The notes: generated by a model not told the origin, from the letters alone. A stretch of DNA of 64,000 bases from Leucoraja ocellata (GCA_036785375.1 JAWMAR010000053.1:4340001-4404000); one strand, 5' to 3'. Positions 1 through 13,211 are shown, counted from the stretch's first letter. A program made the numbers and translations.

Positions 1-1940
1 TTTCCTGCCTCTAGTGCGTCCAAGCCCTTAACAATTTTATATGTTTCAATGAGATATCCTCTCATCCTTCTAAACTCCAGGGTGTACAAGCCCAGCTGCT
101 CCATTCTCTCAGCATATGACAGTCCCGCCATCCCGGGAATTAGCCTTGTAAACCTACGCAGCACTCCCTCAATAGCAAGAATGTCCTTCCTCAAATTAGG
201 GGACCAAAACTGCACACAATACTCCAGGTGTGGTCTCACTAGGGCTCTGTACAACTGCAGAAGGACCTCTTTGCTCCCATATTCAATTCCTCTTGTTATA
301 AAGGCCAACATGCCATTCGCTTTCTTCACTGCCTGCTGTACCTGCATGCTTACTTTAATGGACTGCTGTACAAGGACCCCCAGATCCCGTTGTACTTCCC
401 CTTTTCCCAACTTGACGCCATTTAGATAGTAATCTGCCTTCTTGTTTTTGCTACCAAAGTGGATAACCTCACATTTATTCACATTAAACTTCATCTGCCA
501 TGCATCTGTCCACTCCCCCAACCTGTCCAAGTCACCCTGCATTCTCATAGCATCCTCCTCACAGTTCACACTGCCACCTAGCTTCGTGTCATCTGCAAAT
601 TTGCTAATGTTACTTTGAATCCATCCAAATCATTGATGTATATTGAAAATAGCTGCAGTCCCAGCACCGAGCCTTGCGGTACCCCACTAGTCACTACCTG
701 CCATTCTGAGAGGGACCCGTTAATCCCTACTCTTTGTTTTCTGTCTGCTAACCACTTCTCTATCCATGTCAGCACTCTACCCCCAATACCATGTGCGCTA
801 ATTTTGCCCACTAATCTCCTATGTGGGACCTTATCAAATGCTTTCTGAAAGTCCAGTAACACTACATCCACTGGCTCCCCTTGTCCATTTTCCTAGTTGC
901 ATCTTCAAAAAATTCCAGAAGATTAGTCAAGCATGATTTCCACTTCGTAAACCCATGCTGACTTGGACCGATCCTGTTACTGTTATCCACATGTGCGGAT
1001 ATCTCATCTTTTATAATTGACTCCAGCATCTTCCCCACCACCGATGTCAGGCTAACTGGTCTACAATTTCCCATTTTCTCTCTCCCGCCTTTCTTAAAAA
1101 GTGGGATAATATTAGCTACCCTCCAATCCACAGGAATTGATCATGAGTCTATAGAACATTGGAAAATTATCACCAATGCATCCACGATTTCTAGAGCCAC
1201 TTCCTTAAGTACCCTGGGATGCAGACCATCAGGCCCTGGGGATTTATCAGCCTTCAGTCCCATCAGTCTATCCAACACCATTTCCTGCCTATTGTGGATT
1301 TCCTTCAGTTCCTCTGTCACCCCAGATCCTCTGGCCACTACTATATTCCTTGTTCCCTATAATAAATTCACCTTTTATTGGTCTTCAAGCATCCAACTTT
1401 GGTCTTAACTAATTTTTTCCTCTTTGCATACCTAAAGAAGCTTTTATTATCCTGCTTTATATTCTTGGCTAGCTTACCTTCGTAATTCATCGTTTCTCCC
1501 CATATTGTCTTTTAGGTTATCTTCTGTTGTTCATTAAGCATTACCCAATCCTCTTGCTTTCCGCTCATCTTTGCTACATTGTACTTCCTCAGCCATGGTC
1601 GTCTCTTTCTCCCCATGGAATCTTTCTTCCTCCTAGGAATGAACTGATCCTGCACCTTCTGTATTATTCCTAGAAACACCTGCCATTTTTGTTCCACTGT
1701 CATCCCTGCTAGTGTATCTTTTCAGTCAACTTTGGCCAGCTCCTCTCTCATGGCTCCATAGCCCCCTTTATTCAACTGCAACACTGACACCTCCGATCTA
1801 CTCTTCTCCCTCCCCAATTGTAGATTAAACCTGACCATGTTATGGTCACTGCCTCCTAATGACCTCGAGATCCTTTATCAAATCCGGTTCTTTACATAAC
1901 ACTAAATCCAGAATTGCCTTCTCCCCGGTAGGCTCCAATA
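1..1940 (-). mobile_element. CR1-clade LINE, degraded ORF2 (reverse transcriptase), continuing off the left edge
   Basis: Minus-strand ORF pieces [42 protein letters not shown] and GVPQGSVLG are typical CR1 RT; interrupted by stops, frameshifts and a deletion. Confidence 0.93.
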
Positions 1941-4007
1941 TGCTTGGTAACGGAGTATCAAGGATATAGGATCATTCTGTCAGGTGGGCTGTTCTAGGTA
2001 ATTGAATGAGGGCTGATGAAACTTGATGAAATCGAGCTAAATCAGGTGATAGGAAAAGCCTTTTGTTCACTATACAAATAAGAAGCTCAGCATTTTGGTT
2101 CAGTGATTTTTCGCCAGAACTAGGAAAATGAATAGATACAGGTGAAGAGAGTAAGGGGAAGGGAAGGGAAAAAAACACGGGGAATGTCTGTGATAGGGCG
2201 GGTTTTGTTTTATTTTTTTTTTCTTGAGTAAAAATCGGGACCGTAGCAATGTAGATGACTGAGAGGAGACGAGATCACAGGTGCAGTTGCATGATTGGTT
2301 GAGCAAATCAATAATTGTAATCAAGAATCAAGGACTAGTCATGTTGGAGTAAAAATCAAAAATGCTGTGAATAGTTAATAGCTGTAGGACATCAATGGGG
2401 AGTAAAAAAGATTTACTTGTCACAACAATAACCTTTTATCAGAAACTCAATTATTCTGCTTCATTTAGAATATTTGTTGGCAGTCATTCTCTCACCATAG
2501 TAATGCAGATAATATGTAATAATGTATAGCATCTATGCAGTATTACCTGTGATGTTGCAAAAACATAATTGGAATTACCATCTATGCAAAAATTGAGATA
2601 TTTTCAAAAGTAAAGAGGATTATAAGAGTAAGGTCTGTGTGGACAAACTATCCACTAGTTTCAGGTATTTGACCCTATTTAACATTCAAATTCTGATCCT
2701 GGGCTATATATAGATTCTCCAGTTGCTATTTGGGAACAAATCTTGTTGGAGCACACAGAGTGAACACACCTAACCAATTTTATCTTTGAAGGAGCCCCAG
2801 AATAATAACGGAACTATTTCTTTGGATCAGCAAGAATAGGAGTGCTCAAGTGCACACTACCTTCCATAGTTGCAATTCCTCCTTGTGAACTGTTTTACTA
2901 GTGGCCAGGCGTTATATATCAGGATGTCATATAATTATATCAGGATGTCACTTTGGAATGGGCAACCTAGTTTTCTATTTTCTATGTTTTTTAAATGCTG
3001 TTATTTTCTCCAGGTTTTCTATAAAACCTTCATTTAAATACTTCTGAAAATCTGTGTATTGAATTCCTTTTTATCACATCAATACATTCAAATAGTTTCA
3101 CATTATTACTTTTTTGGGATAGGCGACTGTGTCCTTTTTAATGCAACTTGCAATTTGTCTCTACAACTAAAATACACGATTTTTTCCAATATGCATTACA
3201 GTCTATTGCGCATCTCTGTTTTTATAGCGATCACATTTTGCCCTTTCTGCTTATGTGCCTGCTCTTATAATCCTCCTACTTTTGTAAAGGTCTCTACTTT
3301 TATTCAGTTGGTAATTCAAAATCATCCATGATTATGCATCTGACTGATCTGCTTTTTAATTATATGGAAATCTGGTAGCTCAGCACTGGGTCACTAGTGC
3401 ATTGTTTTCTGCTTCACTGTAAACTCGCTGAGTTCACTGGAAACTTTATTTATGCTACTGCATAATTTTTATTTAATATCTGTATAACATATAAAGAATA
3501 TAAATTAAAGGTATGCTAGTGGTATTAATGGGAGTAATGTTCAATAGTCTAGAAAATCTACCATTCCAACAACCACCAAAGACCCGCGAATGCTGAATCA
3601 TCAGAATTTTATTGTATACATTGAGAGTAAAAATGGATGTAGTGCTCATATTTGGGAGCACCACTTTGAACACCTCGTTCCAAACTATGCTAACCTAACT
3701 TTGTCCTTTGCTTTAAATTTATGCTGCAATTTTTTTTATTTGTCTATTTTTTATGCTGTGATTTTCCAACTAATTTCTAGTAAAGCCTGCATCAAAATAC
3801 CCCAGAAAAATCTGTTTGGAAAATGCACTGCTTTTTATCACATCAATATATTCAAATGGTTTAACTTTGTTTCATTATGTTCTATGTGCATTTTAATGTC
3901 CTTAGTAAGTGTTGGTTAAATGATTTATATTTCATGTTTTGCTTATTTGTCATATTTCACCCTATGACATAAAATCCGTTGAAATTAATTCTAATCACTT
4001 TTTTCAG

Positions 4008-4238
4008 GAGTACCAGATTTCTTCATTTGAAGAACGACTTATTAAAGAAATTGAATTCCGAATCATCAGAATAACTTTAGAAGAACTTCTTGAAGAAGAT
4101 GGCGAAGAAATGATGTTAGATATTTCTACTGAAGAATCCATTGAACCAGGATTTGTTTCAACAGTGAAAAGTTACAGAATTCTTGATGGAATGGGTGTTA
4201 CCTTCCATTGTAAATTATCTGGCCATCCAATGCCTAAG
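4008..4238 (+). CDS. ttn: titin exon (human exon 23 equivalent)
   Basis: ttttcag|GAG...AAG|gtgagt; EYQISSFEERLIKEIEFRII...GVTFHCKLSGHPMPK matches the titin Z-disc region. Confidence 0.93.
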
Positions 4239-4269
4239 GTGAGTAATATTTGCACTAGAATCCAAATAT

Positions 4270-6745
4270 GAGCATTGAGTTTAAGAAGCAGGGCATTATG
4301 TTGCAGTTTAAGAAATAAATTAGAAAAGCTAAAAGAAGATATGAGGTTGCTTTGGCAAGTAAGGTGAAAGTCAATCCAAAGGGTTTCTACAGCTATATTA
4401 ATAGCAAAAGGATAACGAGGGATAAAATTGGTCCATTGGAGAGACAGAGTGGACAGCTATCTGCAGAGCCAAAAGAGATGGGGGAGATATTGAACAATTT
4501 TTTTTTCTTCGGTATTCACCAAGGAGAAGGATATTGAATTATGTGAGGTAAGGGAAACTAGTAGAGTAGCTATGGATACTATGAGGTTCAAAGTAAAAGA
4601 AGTACTGACACGTTTGAAAAATATAAAAGTGGATAAGTCTCCAGGTCCTGACAGGATATTCCCTAGGACATTGAGGGAAGTTAGTGTAGAAATAGCCGGG
4701 GCTATGACAGAAATATTTCAAATGTCATTAGAAACGGGAATAGTCCCCGAGGATTGGCGTACTGCGCATGTTGTTCCATTGTTTAAAAAGGGTTCTAAGA
4801 GTAAACCTAGCAATTATAGACCTGTTAGTTTGACTTCAGTGGTGGGCAAATTAATGGAAAAGATACTTAGAGACAATATATATAAGCATCTAGATAAACA
4901 GGGTCTGATTAGGAACAGTCAACATGGATTTGTGCCTGGAAGGTCATGTTTGACTAATCTTCTTGAATTTTTTGAAGAGGTTACTAGGGAAATTGATGAG
5001 GGTAAAGCAGTGGATGTTGTCTATATGGACTTTAGTAAGGCCTTTGACAAGGTTCCTCATGGAAGGTTGGTTAAGAAGGTTCAACTGTTGGGTATAAATG
5101 CAGGAATAGCAAGATGGATTCAACAGTGGCTGAATGGGAGAAGCCAGAGGGTAATGGTGGATGGCTGTTTATCGGGTTGGAGGCAGGTGACTAGTGGGGT
5201 GCCTCAGGGATCTGTGTTGGGTCCTTTGTTGTTTGTCATGTACATCAATGATCTGGATGAAGGTGTGGTAAATTGGATTAGTAAGTATGCAGATGATACC
5301 AAGATAGGGGGTGTTGTGGATAATGAAGAGGATTTCCAAAGTCTACAGAGTGATTGAGGCCATTTGGAAAAATGGGCTGAAAGATGGCAGATGGAGTTTA
5401 ATGCTGATAAATGTGAGGTGCTACACCTTGGCAGGACAAATCAAAATAGGACGTACATGGTAAATGGTAGGGAATTGAAGAATACAGTTGAACAGAGGGA
5501 TCTGGGTATAACCGTGCATAGTTCCTTGAAGGTGGAATCTCATATAGATAGGGTGGTAAAGAAAGCTTTTGGTATGCTAGCCTTTATAAATCAGAGCATT
5601 GAGTATAGAAGCTGGGATGTAATGTTAAAATTGTACAAGGCATTGGTGAGACCAAATCTGGAGTATGGGGTACAATTTTGGTAGCCAAATTATAGGAAGG
5701 ATGTCAACAAAATAGAGAGAGTACAGAGGAGATTTACTAGAATGTTGCCTGGGTTTCAACAACTAAGTTACAGAGATAGGTTGAATAAGTTAGGTCTTTA
5801 TTCTCTGGAGCGCAGAAGGTTAAGGGGGGACCTGATAGAGGTCTTTAAAATGATGAGAGGGATAGACAGAGTTGATGTGGACAAGCTTTTCCCTTTGAGA
5901 ATAGGGAAGATTCAAACAAGAGGACATGACTTCAGAATTAAGGGACAGAAGTTTAGGGGTAATATGAGGGGGAACTTCTTTACGCAGAGAGTGGTGGCGG
6001 TGTGGAATGAGCTCCCAGTGGAAGTGGTGGAGGCAGGTTCATTGGTATCATTTAAAAATAAATTGGATAGGCATATGGATGAGAAGGGAATGGAGGGTTA
6101 TGGTACGAGTGCAGGCAGGTGGGACTAAGGGGAAAAAAATTTGTTCGGCATGGACTTGTAGGGCCGAGATGGCCTGTTTCCGTGCTGTAATTGTTATATG
6201 GTTATATGGTTTTATAGGACTTTGGTTGGGCTGCATTTGGAGTAATGTGAGCAGTTCAAGACGCCTCATTACAGGAAGGATGTGGAAGCTTTGGAGAAGG
6301 TGTAATAGAGGTTGCCAGTATCATGAAAGTTACTGAGAGAGTAAAAGCTATAGGGAGCAGTTTGACAAACATGGATTATTTTCTCTGGAATGACAGAAGC
6401 AGAGGGGACATGTGATAGAAATTTAGGAAATTATGAGAGGCATCAACAGGGTCGACAAACAGAACCTTCACCCCAGAGTGGAAATGTGAAATAATAGAGG
6501 GCATAGCTTTAAAGTAAGATGGAGACATTTTAAAAGAGATGTGTGGGGCAAGTTATTTACACAGGGAGTTGTAGGTGCTGCCAGACGTGGTGGAAGCAGA
6601 CATGAGAAGAGCGTTTAAGAGGCTTTTAGATGGCCACATGAATGTGCAGGGATATGGAGCTCAGCATAAAGGATTTAATTTAATTTAGCAACAGGTTCGG
6701 CATTGTGGGCTGAGGGGTATCCTGTGCTGCATGTTCTATATGCTA
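4270..6745 (+). mobile_element. old CR1 3' fragment (4270-4310 and 6211-6745) interrupted by a younger CR1
   Basis: agcattgagtttaagaagcagggcattatgttgcagttta resumes as taggactttggttgggctgcatttggag after the insert; joined, it reads as degraded CR1 ORF2 C-terminus plus 3' UTR. Confidence 0.75.
4311..6210 (+). mobile_element. young 5'-truncated CR1 LINE (RT domain, 3' UTR, GTTATATG tail)
   Basis: ORFs 4572-5357, 5364-5684 and 5742-6128 give nearly continuous CR1 RT (QHGF, DFSKAFD, PQGSVLGP, YADD); ends in gttatatg repeats. Confidence 0.96.
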
Positions 6746-6851
6746 CAATGTAAGATCATATTATTTGGATAGAATGTATGTTTAATATATTTTGCATAAT
6801 GTAATTTTAATGAGTTATATCCAGATGGTATTCATTTTATGTTTTTTTTAG

Positions 6852-7096
6852 ATTGTCTGGTTCAAAGATGGTCGGCGCCTGAAACATGGGGATCACTATA
6901 TCATGGAGACTTCTCAGAATGGCGAAGTAAATCTGCGAATTTCGACAATTTTGCCAGAGGATGAGGGCATCTACACAGTGTTGGCCAGCAACATTAAGGG
7001 AAATGCCATTTGTTCCGGAAAGCTGTTCATAGAACCTGTTGGTGTTCCAGCAACGCAAACTTATTTATCAACTACAGAAATGATGAGAAGAATGCG
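6852..7096 (+). CDS. ttn: titin exon (exon 24 equivalent)
   Basis: tttag|ATT GTC TGG...ATG CG|gtac; IVWFKDG...PEDEGIYTVLASNIKGNAICSGKLFIEP. Confidence 0.93.
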
Positions 7097-7238
7097 GTAC
7101 TATTTATTAGACATTCTCTCTTTGTATAGATTGCAAGCATTGATTCATATTCTGTTGCAATTGGACATTTGCAAAGTTAATAAGTGTGTGATATCAAAAT
7201 AAAAATGTTAACATTCATTGTTTATTCCCTTTCCCTAG

Positions 7239-7435
7239 ATCCGTGTCCCCACGATCTCCAAGTCGGTCACCAGCACGTAGGCTAGAAGATACAGATGAAA
7301 CTCAACTTGAGAGATTGTATAAACCCGTTTTTGTTCTGAAACCTACATCATTCAAATGTTCTGAAGGGCAAACTGCTAGATTTGACCTAAAAGTTGTTGG
7401 CAGACCCATGCCTGAGACGTTCTGGTTTCACAATG
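7239..7435 (+). CDS. ttn: titin exon (exon 25 equivalent; SP-motif linker and Ig start)
   Basis: ccctag|A TCC GTG...AAT G|gtaag; SVSPRSPSRSPARRLEDTDETQLERLYKPVFVLKP. Confidence 0.94.
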
Positions 7436-7516
7436 GTAAGAATTGTACGCTCTCATATCGATGCATGCAAGAAATATGGGGAATTTAAGTGATTAATGGG
7501 ATTTGTTCTGATCCAG

Positions 7517-7681
7517 GACACCAGATTGTGAATGATTATACTCACAAGATTGTGGTGAAAGAAGATGGAATTCAGTCACTGATCATTGTTCCTGCACTGC
7601 CAGCTGATTCTGGTGAATGGACTGTTGTGGCACAAAACCGGGCCGGCAAAACCTCTATCTCTATGACACTATCTGTAGAAG
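7517..7681 (+). CDS. ttn: titin exon (exon 26 equivalent)
   Basis: atccag|GA CAC...GAA G|gtaac; HQIVNDYTHKIVVKEDG...AQNRAGK. Confidence 0.94.
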
Positions 7682-8621
7682 GTAACAAAAACTTAATTAT
7701 CTTATTTAATGAAAACAAATCTCATATGGATTTTAGGCCACCATTTGGTGTGAGAAATGTTTACTGTTTATTCCAACAGACAGATGCAGATTAATAATGA
7801 ACAACATATTTGTTCCTGTCCCTGTGCAGATGAGCTGAGATTACTGCACAGTGAGGGACCAGTTTATTACAATATTATTTGCCTCCTTGTGCATTATTTA
7901 GAAGGCACTGAGAAACTATTGAATTGGGATAGTAGGTTTCTGGTGCAATTCAAGAGAAAAAGTATGTTATGTGAGCATTAGAGGAGCGTAAGGCAGGTTG
8001 AAAGTTATATTTTAAGTTCAAGTGTGTATAGAATATATGGTGGAATCCTCTGGCAGAAAAACAGAAATATCCACTTTGTAAAAAATAGTTAACATTTTTC
8101 CAGACCTTGTCCTCTAGTTCTCATTACAGTATACCATGTAAACAGTGTCCTAAGCTCTGCACAGGATGGTGTAATGGGAGAATGTGAACAGATTTAATTT
8201 CAATGAAATTAATGGCCTGGTTGAACCTAATTAATTTTGTCTGAAAGCTCCATATTATAAATGACCATACTTGAAGAAAAAACAGGTCAAAAATAGACCA
8301 TTTGACTCCTCGGGTTGAGTTTTTCCATTAATGAGATAGTAGCTGCTCTCAGTCTTAACACAAAGTATCAACCTTTGTAACAAATCTCCGATTAGTAAGG
8401 CTAAATGGATAGAATGCTTAATAAGCCTTGGACCTCTCCATTAAATCTCAGATTAACATATGCCAGTAATTGCTTTATCAAGTTTATTTTGTAATACAAT
8501 ACAAGTGAAAAATTATATTTGTTTGTTGCGTTTACTAAAAAAAAACTTTAAGTTTTACGGTGCACGTGTCATGGCAGATTCAAGTTTTTAAGTTGCTTTA
8601 TTTTAAAACTTATTTTAATAG

Positions 8622-8790
8622 CTAAAGAACATTTATTGAGACCACAGTTTATGGAAAAGTTGAAAAATGTCAGTGTCAAAGAAGGTGCCCCTATTGCAAT
8701 GGGAGTAAAAGCTGTTGGAAATCCAAACCCTGATATTGTATGGCTGAAAAACAGTGATATTATTGCCCAGCATAAGTATCCTCATATCAA
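8622..8790 (+). CDS. ttn: titin exon (exon 27 equivalent; not in ORF track)
   Basis: taatag|CT AAA GAA...ATC AA|gtaagt; KEHLLRPQFMEKLKNVSVKEG...GNPNPDIVWLKNSDIIAQHKYPHI. Confidence 0.94.
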
Positions 8791-8885
8791 GTAAGTATAT
8801 TGCAATTCTGATAGTAAAATGTTAATATTCATAAATACATTTGTCACATTTATCCCCTTATAATTTTTGCTTGTTTGTATTTTAG

Positions 8886-10579
8886 GATTGAAGGTACTAA
8901 AGGAGAAGGTACACTCAAAATTGATTCTGCAGTTAGTTATGATGCTGCGTGGTATACTGCAACTGCCATTAACAAAGCGGGTCGTGACACAACAAGATGC
9001 AAAGTCAATGTTGATCTTGAATATGCTGAGCCTGTACCAGAAAGACGATTAATCATTCCAAAGGGAACATATAAGGCGAAGGAGATATCAGCCCCTGAAC
9101 TGGAACCCCTCCATCTGCGTTATGGTCAGGAACAATGGGAGGAAGGTGATCTGTATGATAAGGAAAAACAGCAGAAACCTCGCTTCAAAAAGAAGACTAA
9201 CTCTGTGAGGCTTAAGTGTTTTGGGCCTGCACATTTTGAATGCCGACTAACACCAATTGGTGACCCAACGATGATTGTTGAGTGGTTGCATGATAGTAAA
9301 CCTATTGCTGCAGCCAACAGACTTCGCATGATTAATGAATTTGGATATTGTAGTCTTGACTTTGAAGTAGCATATCCTCGAGATAGTGGTATTATCACCT
9401 GTCGAGCCACAAATAAGTATGGTGCTGATCAGACATCAGCTACTCTCATTGTGAAAGATGAAAAGAGCCTAGTTGAAGAATCACAGTTACCTGAAGGCAG
9501 AAGGGGAATGCAGCGAATTGAAGAACTTGAAAGGCTAGCCCATGAAGGAGCACTTACAGGTGTTTCAGAAGAGCTTATAAAAGAGAAAACAAAGCCTGAA
9601 ATTGTTTTGTTTCCAGACCCAGCAAGAGTACTGGAAGGAGAAACAGCCCGTTACCGCTGTCGTGTCATAGGCTATCCTCAACCAAAGGTCAATTGGTATC
9701 TGAATGGACAACTTATCCGCAAAAGCAAACGGTTTAGACTACGGTATGATGGTATCTATTATATGGAAATTGTTGATAGCAAATCCTATGATTCAGGTAA
9801 TGTCAAAGTTACAGCAGAAAATCCTGAGGGGGTTGTGGAACACACAGTGAAACTAGAAATCAATGAAAGAGAAGATTTCAGATCGGTCTTACGGCGAGCT
9901 CCTGAACAAAAAGTTGAAACCAGCATATCAGAACCAGCCAAGCCATTCTTTGAAGTTGTAAAAGTAGATAAAACAACAGATGCTGCAGCTAAAGAATTGG
10001 TAAAGCTTAAAAAGACTGAAAGAATTATTCATGAAAAATTAACAGAGGAAACGGAAGAATTGCGCAGCAAGTTTAAACGTCGAAAGGAGGAAGGTTATTA
10101 TGAAGCTATTACAGCAGTTGAACTCAAATCGCGTAGACGGGATGAAGTTTATGAAGATATGCTGAGAAAAAGAAAGGAAGAACTTCTCCATTTTACAAAA
10201 CTGATACCTGAAGAAGAGAAGAAATTACCTCTTCCTGAAGGCACAGTCACCATTCCAACTTTCAAACCTGACAAGTTTAAATTATCGCCAAGTATGGAGG
10301 CTCCCAAAATTTTAGAGCGCATTCAGAGTCTGACTCTAGCTATTGGAGATGAATGTCATTTCCGTGTCAGAGTAGTTGGCAAACCAGACCCTGAATGCCA
10401 ATGGTTTAAAAATGGTGTGAAGGTTGAAAAAACTGAACGAATCTATTGGTACTGGCCTGAAGACAATGTTTGTGAACTTGTAATTAGAGATGTCATTCCT
10501 GAAGATTCTGCCAGTATAATGGTAAAAGCAATCAACGTTGTTGGCGAAATCTCAAGCCACGCTTTTCTGCTTGTACAAG
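8886..10579 (+). CDS. ttn: titin large exon (exon 28 equivalent; terminal Z-disc Igs, linker and I1), 1694 nt
   Basis: tttag|G ATT GAA GGT...CAA G|gtactt; near-identical to titin IEGTKGE...SSHAFLLVQ. Confidence 0.97.
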
Positions 10580-10661
10580 GTACTTAAATTTGTGGATTAA
10601 ACTCTTGATTTTGTTTTTGGAAATCACTTTGCATTTACTTTATTTTAATTTTGCTCTACAG

Positions 10662-10943
10662 CCATACAAGTGATCAAGTTTTCTGAGGAGCTTCTTGATG
10701 TCCATGCAAAAGAGAAAGATACCATGGCAACCTTTGAATGTGAATTATCGGAACCATTTATTAAAGTACAGTGGTTTAAGAACGATGTGCAAATCTTTTC
10801 TGGTGACAAATACCGAATGCATTCTGATCGGAAAATTCATTTATTGTCTGTATTGACCATTAATATGAATGATGCTGTAGAATATACGTGTGCCCTTGTT
10901 GAAGATTCTTCAATAAAATCAACAGCTAAGCTTATTGTGCAAG
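10662..10943 (+). CDS. ttn: titin exon 29 equivalent (Ig I2)
   Basis: ctacag|CC ATA...CAA G|gtgag; KEKDTMATFECELSEPFIKV...GDKYRMHSDRK; symmetric phase 1, 282 nt. Confidence 0.95.
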
Positions 10944-11195
10944 GTGAGAAAAAGCTTAAGTTGCATACCAATATTGTTTTACTTTTTCAAAGTAAAACAG
11001 AATGAGATGAATGGGAGCAGGCAACAGAATCGTTTAAAAAAGAGATTCTACTGCTTTTGGGTCCAGATTGTTAATGAGTTAACTGGGATGCATGTAGCCA
11101 GAATTTGAGTTTTTGTAAGGTTACAGGTTGTCACTTGTCCAGTGTCCTTGCATCTCCTTATATAGCCTGGGATTTAACTTTGCCCTAATTCTCTT

Positions 11196-11503
11196 GTTTA
11201 GTTTAATTTAGAGATACAGTACGGAAACAGGCCCTTTGGCCCACCGGGTCCAAGCCCACCAGCGATCCCCGCTTTTTAACATTATCCAACACACACTAGG
11301 GACAATTTTACATTTATACCAAGCCAATTTACCCACGTACCTGTACGGCTTTGGAGTGTGGGAGGAAACCGAAGATATTGAAGAAAACCCCTGCAGGCCA
11401 CGGGGAGAACGTACAAACTCCTTACAGACAGCACTCGTAGTCGGGATCGAATCCAGGTCTCCGGCGCTGCATTAGTTGTAATGCAGCACTCTACCGCTGC
11501 GCC
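11196..11503 (-). mobile_element. tRNA-derived V-SINE (HE1-like) with CR1-type 3' tail
   Basis: On the minus strand: A-box-like ggcgcagcggtagag, B-box-like ggattcgatccc, core gtttcctcccacactccaaag, and tail gggcctgtttccgtactgtatctctaaattaaactaaac. Confidence 0.85.
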
Positions 11504-11799
11504 GTAGTGCCTTGGAATATCTTAGACATGGTGCTATATAAATACATGTTATTTCCCTAGATATTGCCATATTATCAACATACGATGCCTTTATGGATCA
11601 CAAATTCCTATTCAAAACAATACCATGTTAAGTTATAATGTAATGTTGTCCCATGTCTTTGATCCATAACATTGAAGCATAGCTTTCCACTGAGAGTGCC
11701 AGATTTACAAACTGCAATATGTAATTTCATTATGTGTCAAGATATTAAAAACTGCAATGATGAAATTACTTAAAAGTTATATGTTGTTATCTGCCATAG

Positions 11800-12066
11800 G
11801 AACTATCATTGAATTAATTGAAGAGCTTGCAGATATAGAAGTGCCAGAGTCATTCTGTGGTGAACTGGAATGTGCTGTTTCATCTGAAGATGCTGAAGGA
11901 AAATGGTATAAGGGGGATAAAGAGATCTCTTCTAGCAGCAAGTACTCAATTTCTTCTCGTCGTGGTCGGCACATTCTGACAGTTAAGGATGTTGCCAGGG
12001 AAGACCAGGGTCGCTACAGTTTTGTAGTACATGACAAAAAGACAAGTTGCAATCTGAAAATGAAAC
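11800..12066 (+). CDS. ttn: titin exon 30 equivalent (Ig I3)
   Basis: ccatag|GA ACT...AAA C|gtaagt; DIEVPESFCGELEC...SRRGRH; 267 nt. Confidence 0.95.
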
Positions 12067-12212
12067 GTAAGTTAATTTGCATGAAAAATTATAAAGTACA
12101 CCCTTTTGTATTTTCTGATATGCACTGATATTTGTTTTGAGGATGTAAATTTATCAGGTTTAAAAAATATTTGCCAAAACATTATTGACAAAGACATCTT
12201 TGTTATTTGCAG

Positions 12213-12485
12213 CACGTGCCGTGACTATTCTTCAAGAGCTTGGAGATCAGTCTGTTTGTGAAGGCGATATTGCTCAACTTGAAGTAAAATTCTCTCAAGA
12301 AAATGTTGCAGGTATTTGGCAGAAAGATGGCCAAGAAATCCAAGCTAATGAACGTATTCACATTGTTATAGATAAAACATCACACATGTTGCTGATTGAG
12401 GATGCAACTAAAGAAGATGCTGGCAAATATTCATTTCTTGCTACTTATTTTGACCTCTTAACATCTGGACATTTAACTGTACAGT
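12213..12485 (+). CDS. ttn: titin exon 31 equivalent (Ig I4)
   Basis: ttgcag|CA CGT...CAG T|gtaag; VCEGDIAQLEVK...HIVIDKTSHMLLIED; 273 nt. Confidence 0.95.
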
Positions 12486-12589
12486 GTAAGTATTCTATTT
12501 TTTAACATCTGTATAGTTTTTTCATGGAATAACAAGCGATCAAGAGATTTCTGGAAAAAAATGACACGCATATTTTATTTATTTTCCAG

Positions 12590-12853
12590 GTATTGATATT
12601 GTGATCCCTCTTAAAGATCACACATCTCTTGAGGGAACAAAAGCAGTTTTGGAGTGCAAAGTTTCAGTTGCACATATTACTTCTGTGAAATGGTACTTTA
12701 ATGATCATCCAATTCAGTTTGGTGATCGGATACAAACTGTTGCGAAAGGGTCTAAACAGCGCTTGGTGATCAGCAGATCATTTGCCTCAGATGAAGGATG
12801 CTATAAACTTGTCATTGGCAAAACTGAAACAAGTTGCAACCTAACAATTGAAA
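12590..12853 (+). CDS. ttn: titin exon 32 equivalent (Ig I5)
   Basis: ttccag|GT ATT...GAA A|gtatgt; EGTKAVLECKVSV...KQRLVI; 264 nt. Confidence 0.95.
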
Positions 12854-12950
12854 GTATGTGCCAAATTATTATGAAGTTGTTTAAGAACTTGCGCCTTTGT
12901 TTGTTGAAAAGACTGTTTTCTGAAACTTGGATTTGTATCTTTTTGTATAG

Positions 12951-13211
12951 GAATTCAAATTATTAGAGGACTTAACAATATGACATGCTCAGAGACACAG
13001 AATATTACATTTGAAGCAGAGTTGTCTCATACTGGGATTGATGTAGCTTGGATATTTGGAAAACAGGAGCTCAAAACGGGTCCTAAATGTAAGGTGGAAG
13101 CAAAAGGCAAAATTTACAAATTGACTGTACTGAATGTAATGAAAGATGAAGAAGGGGAGTACACATTTATAGCTGGTGAAAAGACATCAAAAGCAAACCT
13201 TACAGTTTCAG
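12951..13211 (+). CDS. ttn: titin exon 33 equivalent (Ig I6)
   Basis: gtatag|GA ATT...TCA G|gtacaa; TCSETQNITFEAELSH...GKIYKLTVLN; 261 nt. Confidence 0.95.

Noticed and set aside
11430-11503. tRNA-like A/B boxes
   Set aside because: This is a SINE head, not a tRNA gene; no complete cloverleaf.
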